NCBI GenBank assembly: GCA_049610565.1
Contig: JBMYZR010000002.1
Coordinates: forward strand, 38,536-102,535
Direction: 5' to 3'
From: Flavobacteriales bacterium
Lineage (GTDB): Bacteria; Bacteroidota; Bacteroidia; Flavobacteriales_D; Sanyastnellaceae
Length of the DNA: 64,000 nt
In this document: piece after piece, positions 63,393 through 64,000 of the stretch
How the letters are laid out: the number at the start of each line of letters is the position of its first letter
Position numbering within the stretch: position 1 is the stretch's first letter
Position numbers and translations under genes: made by a program
Notes under the pieces: model-generated
Database searches by the model: none
What the model was told of the DNA's origin: nothing
What the model saw: the letters and a program-made list of their open reading frames with translations, nothing else

Positions 63393-64000
63393 AGCGCAGC
63401 CAGCACCGTGGCTTCATGGGCGCCCCAATGGTGCCGGTCGGCCACAGCCGCCAGGTGCGCTGTCGAGGGGGGCGCGGCCAGCACGGCCAACACGGCCTCG
63501 GCCACGGAGCGGGCAATCGCCTCGTCCCCCTGCGCCACCGCCGCCACTTCACCGGTTCCGTTCTCCTGCACGAACCGGCCCGCCACCGGCAGGTCGGAAC
63601 AGACCACCGGCAACCCGGCATGCAGGAAATCGAAGAGCTTGTTGGGCAGGCTGAACCGGAAATTGTCGACGGTCGGTCGATCGAGGGACAACCCGATGTT
63701 GGCTGCCGCCGTGCACCGCCGAAGTGCCGCGTACTCCATCCGTTCGTGGACGTGCACCCGGTCGGCCACTCCGATGCGGGCGGCCAACGGTCCGGCCTCG
63801 GCATGTTCAGGGCCCGCCCCGATGAGGGCCAGGTGCGCGTCGGGCAGGTGGACCATCGCGCGCACCGCATCCAGCGCTCCCCGGTCGCGGTCCATGAACG
63901 CCCCCTGCATCAACAGGACCACCTTGTCCTCGGGCCACCCCAGATCCTGCCTCGGCATGGGCTCAGCCGGCTCGAGCCGCTCCGGCACATTGGGCACCAC
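63377..64000 (-). CDS. Family 1 glycosyltransferase, C-terminal part (5' end lies outside the window)
   Basis: GT-B C-terminal domain pattern: ...LIGAGPE...RVHVHERMEY..L....AAANIGLS......FRFSLPNKLFDFLHAGLPVV.SDL. The frame is open to the window edge. Confidence 0.6.
   Translation of the reverse strand: MVPNVPERLEPAEPMPRQDLGWPEDKVVLLMQGAFMDRDRGALDAVRAMVHLPDAHLALIGAGPEHAEAGPLAARIGVADRVHVHERMEYAALRRCTAAANIGLSLDRPTVDNFRFSLPNKLFDFLHAGLPVVCSDLPVAGRFVQENGTGEVAAVAQGDEAIARSVAEAVLAVLAAPPSTAHLAAVADRHHWGAHEATVLAALHRPD

Overview
This is a visibly GC-rich chromosomal segment (third codon positions are almost all G/C; I did not compute an exact value). It almost certainly comes from a member of Bacteroidota. 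The evidence is T9SS type-B (gliding-motility) C-terminal sorting domains, an S46 dipeptidyl-peptidase, DUF4199/DUF4294-type genes, and TAnnTT(T/C)G -7 promoter boxes with no Shine-Dalgarno-style spacing. I call about 50 tightly packed protein-coding genes, mostly housekeeping. They include two M1 peptidases flanking bioY, mnmA, accC, a ccmBCDEF cytochrome c maturation cluster, kdsC, yidC, ppc, trmD-rplS, cutC, scattered histidine-utilisation genes (ftcD, hutI, hutH), aroC, a glutamate/aspartate-type symporter, gyrB, a MacAB-like exporter operon, an M16 peptidase pair, ftsE and glycosyltransferases. The surface or secreted accessory genes are a 1277-aa T9SS adhesin next to an ECF sigma module, a 958-aa FG-GAP/ASPIC protein, a 259-aa Ca-binding-type protein, an OmpA/TPR/PD40 protein, and a TPR giant coupled to a beta-barrel. 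I recognised no rRNA, tRNA, CRISPR, transposase, integrase, phage or toxin-antitoxin genes, and every intergenic gap is under about 180 bp. Many ORF-track entries are GC-driven artefacts (antisense mirror ORFs, 5' over-extensions). I trimmed starts using stop/start overlaps, signal peptides, terminator positions and promoter boxes. I do not see a clear-cut new defence or mobile system. The most interesting signals are: (1) an ECF sigma, a membrane-anchored PKD/T9SS-CTD protein and a giant adhesin forming one module; (2) a promoter grammar placing the -7 box 4-9 nt from the ATG of many operon-leading genes, which implies leaderless mRNAs; (3) a stripped-down System I Ccm cluster whose CcmE has Cys in place of the heme-binding His; (4) a secreted FG-GAP protein embedded between hutI and ftcD that shares a Cys-bounded NY mini-repeat with another secreted protein sitting downstream of hutH. 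All functional calls rest on motif recognition by eye, not on database searches.
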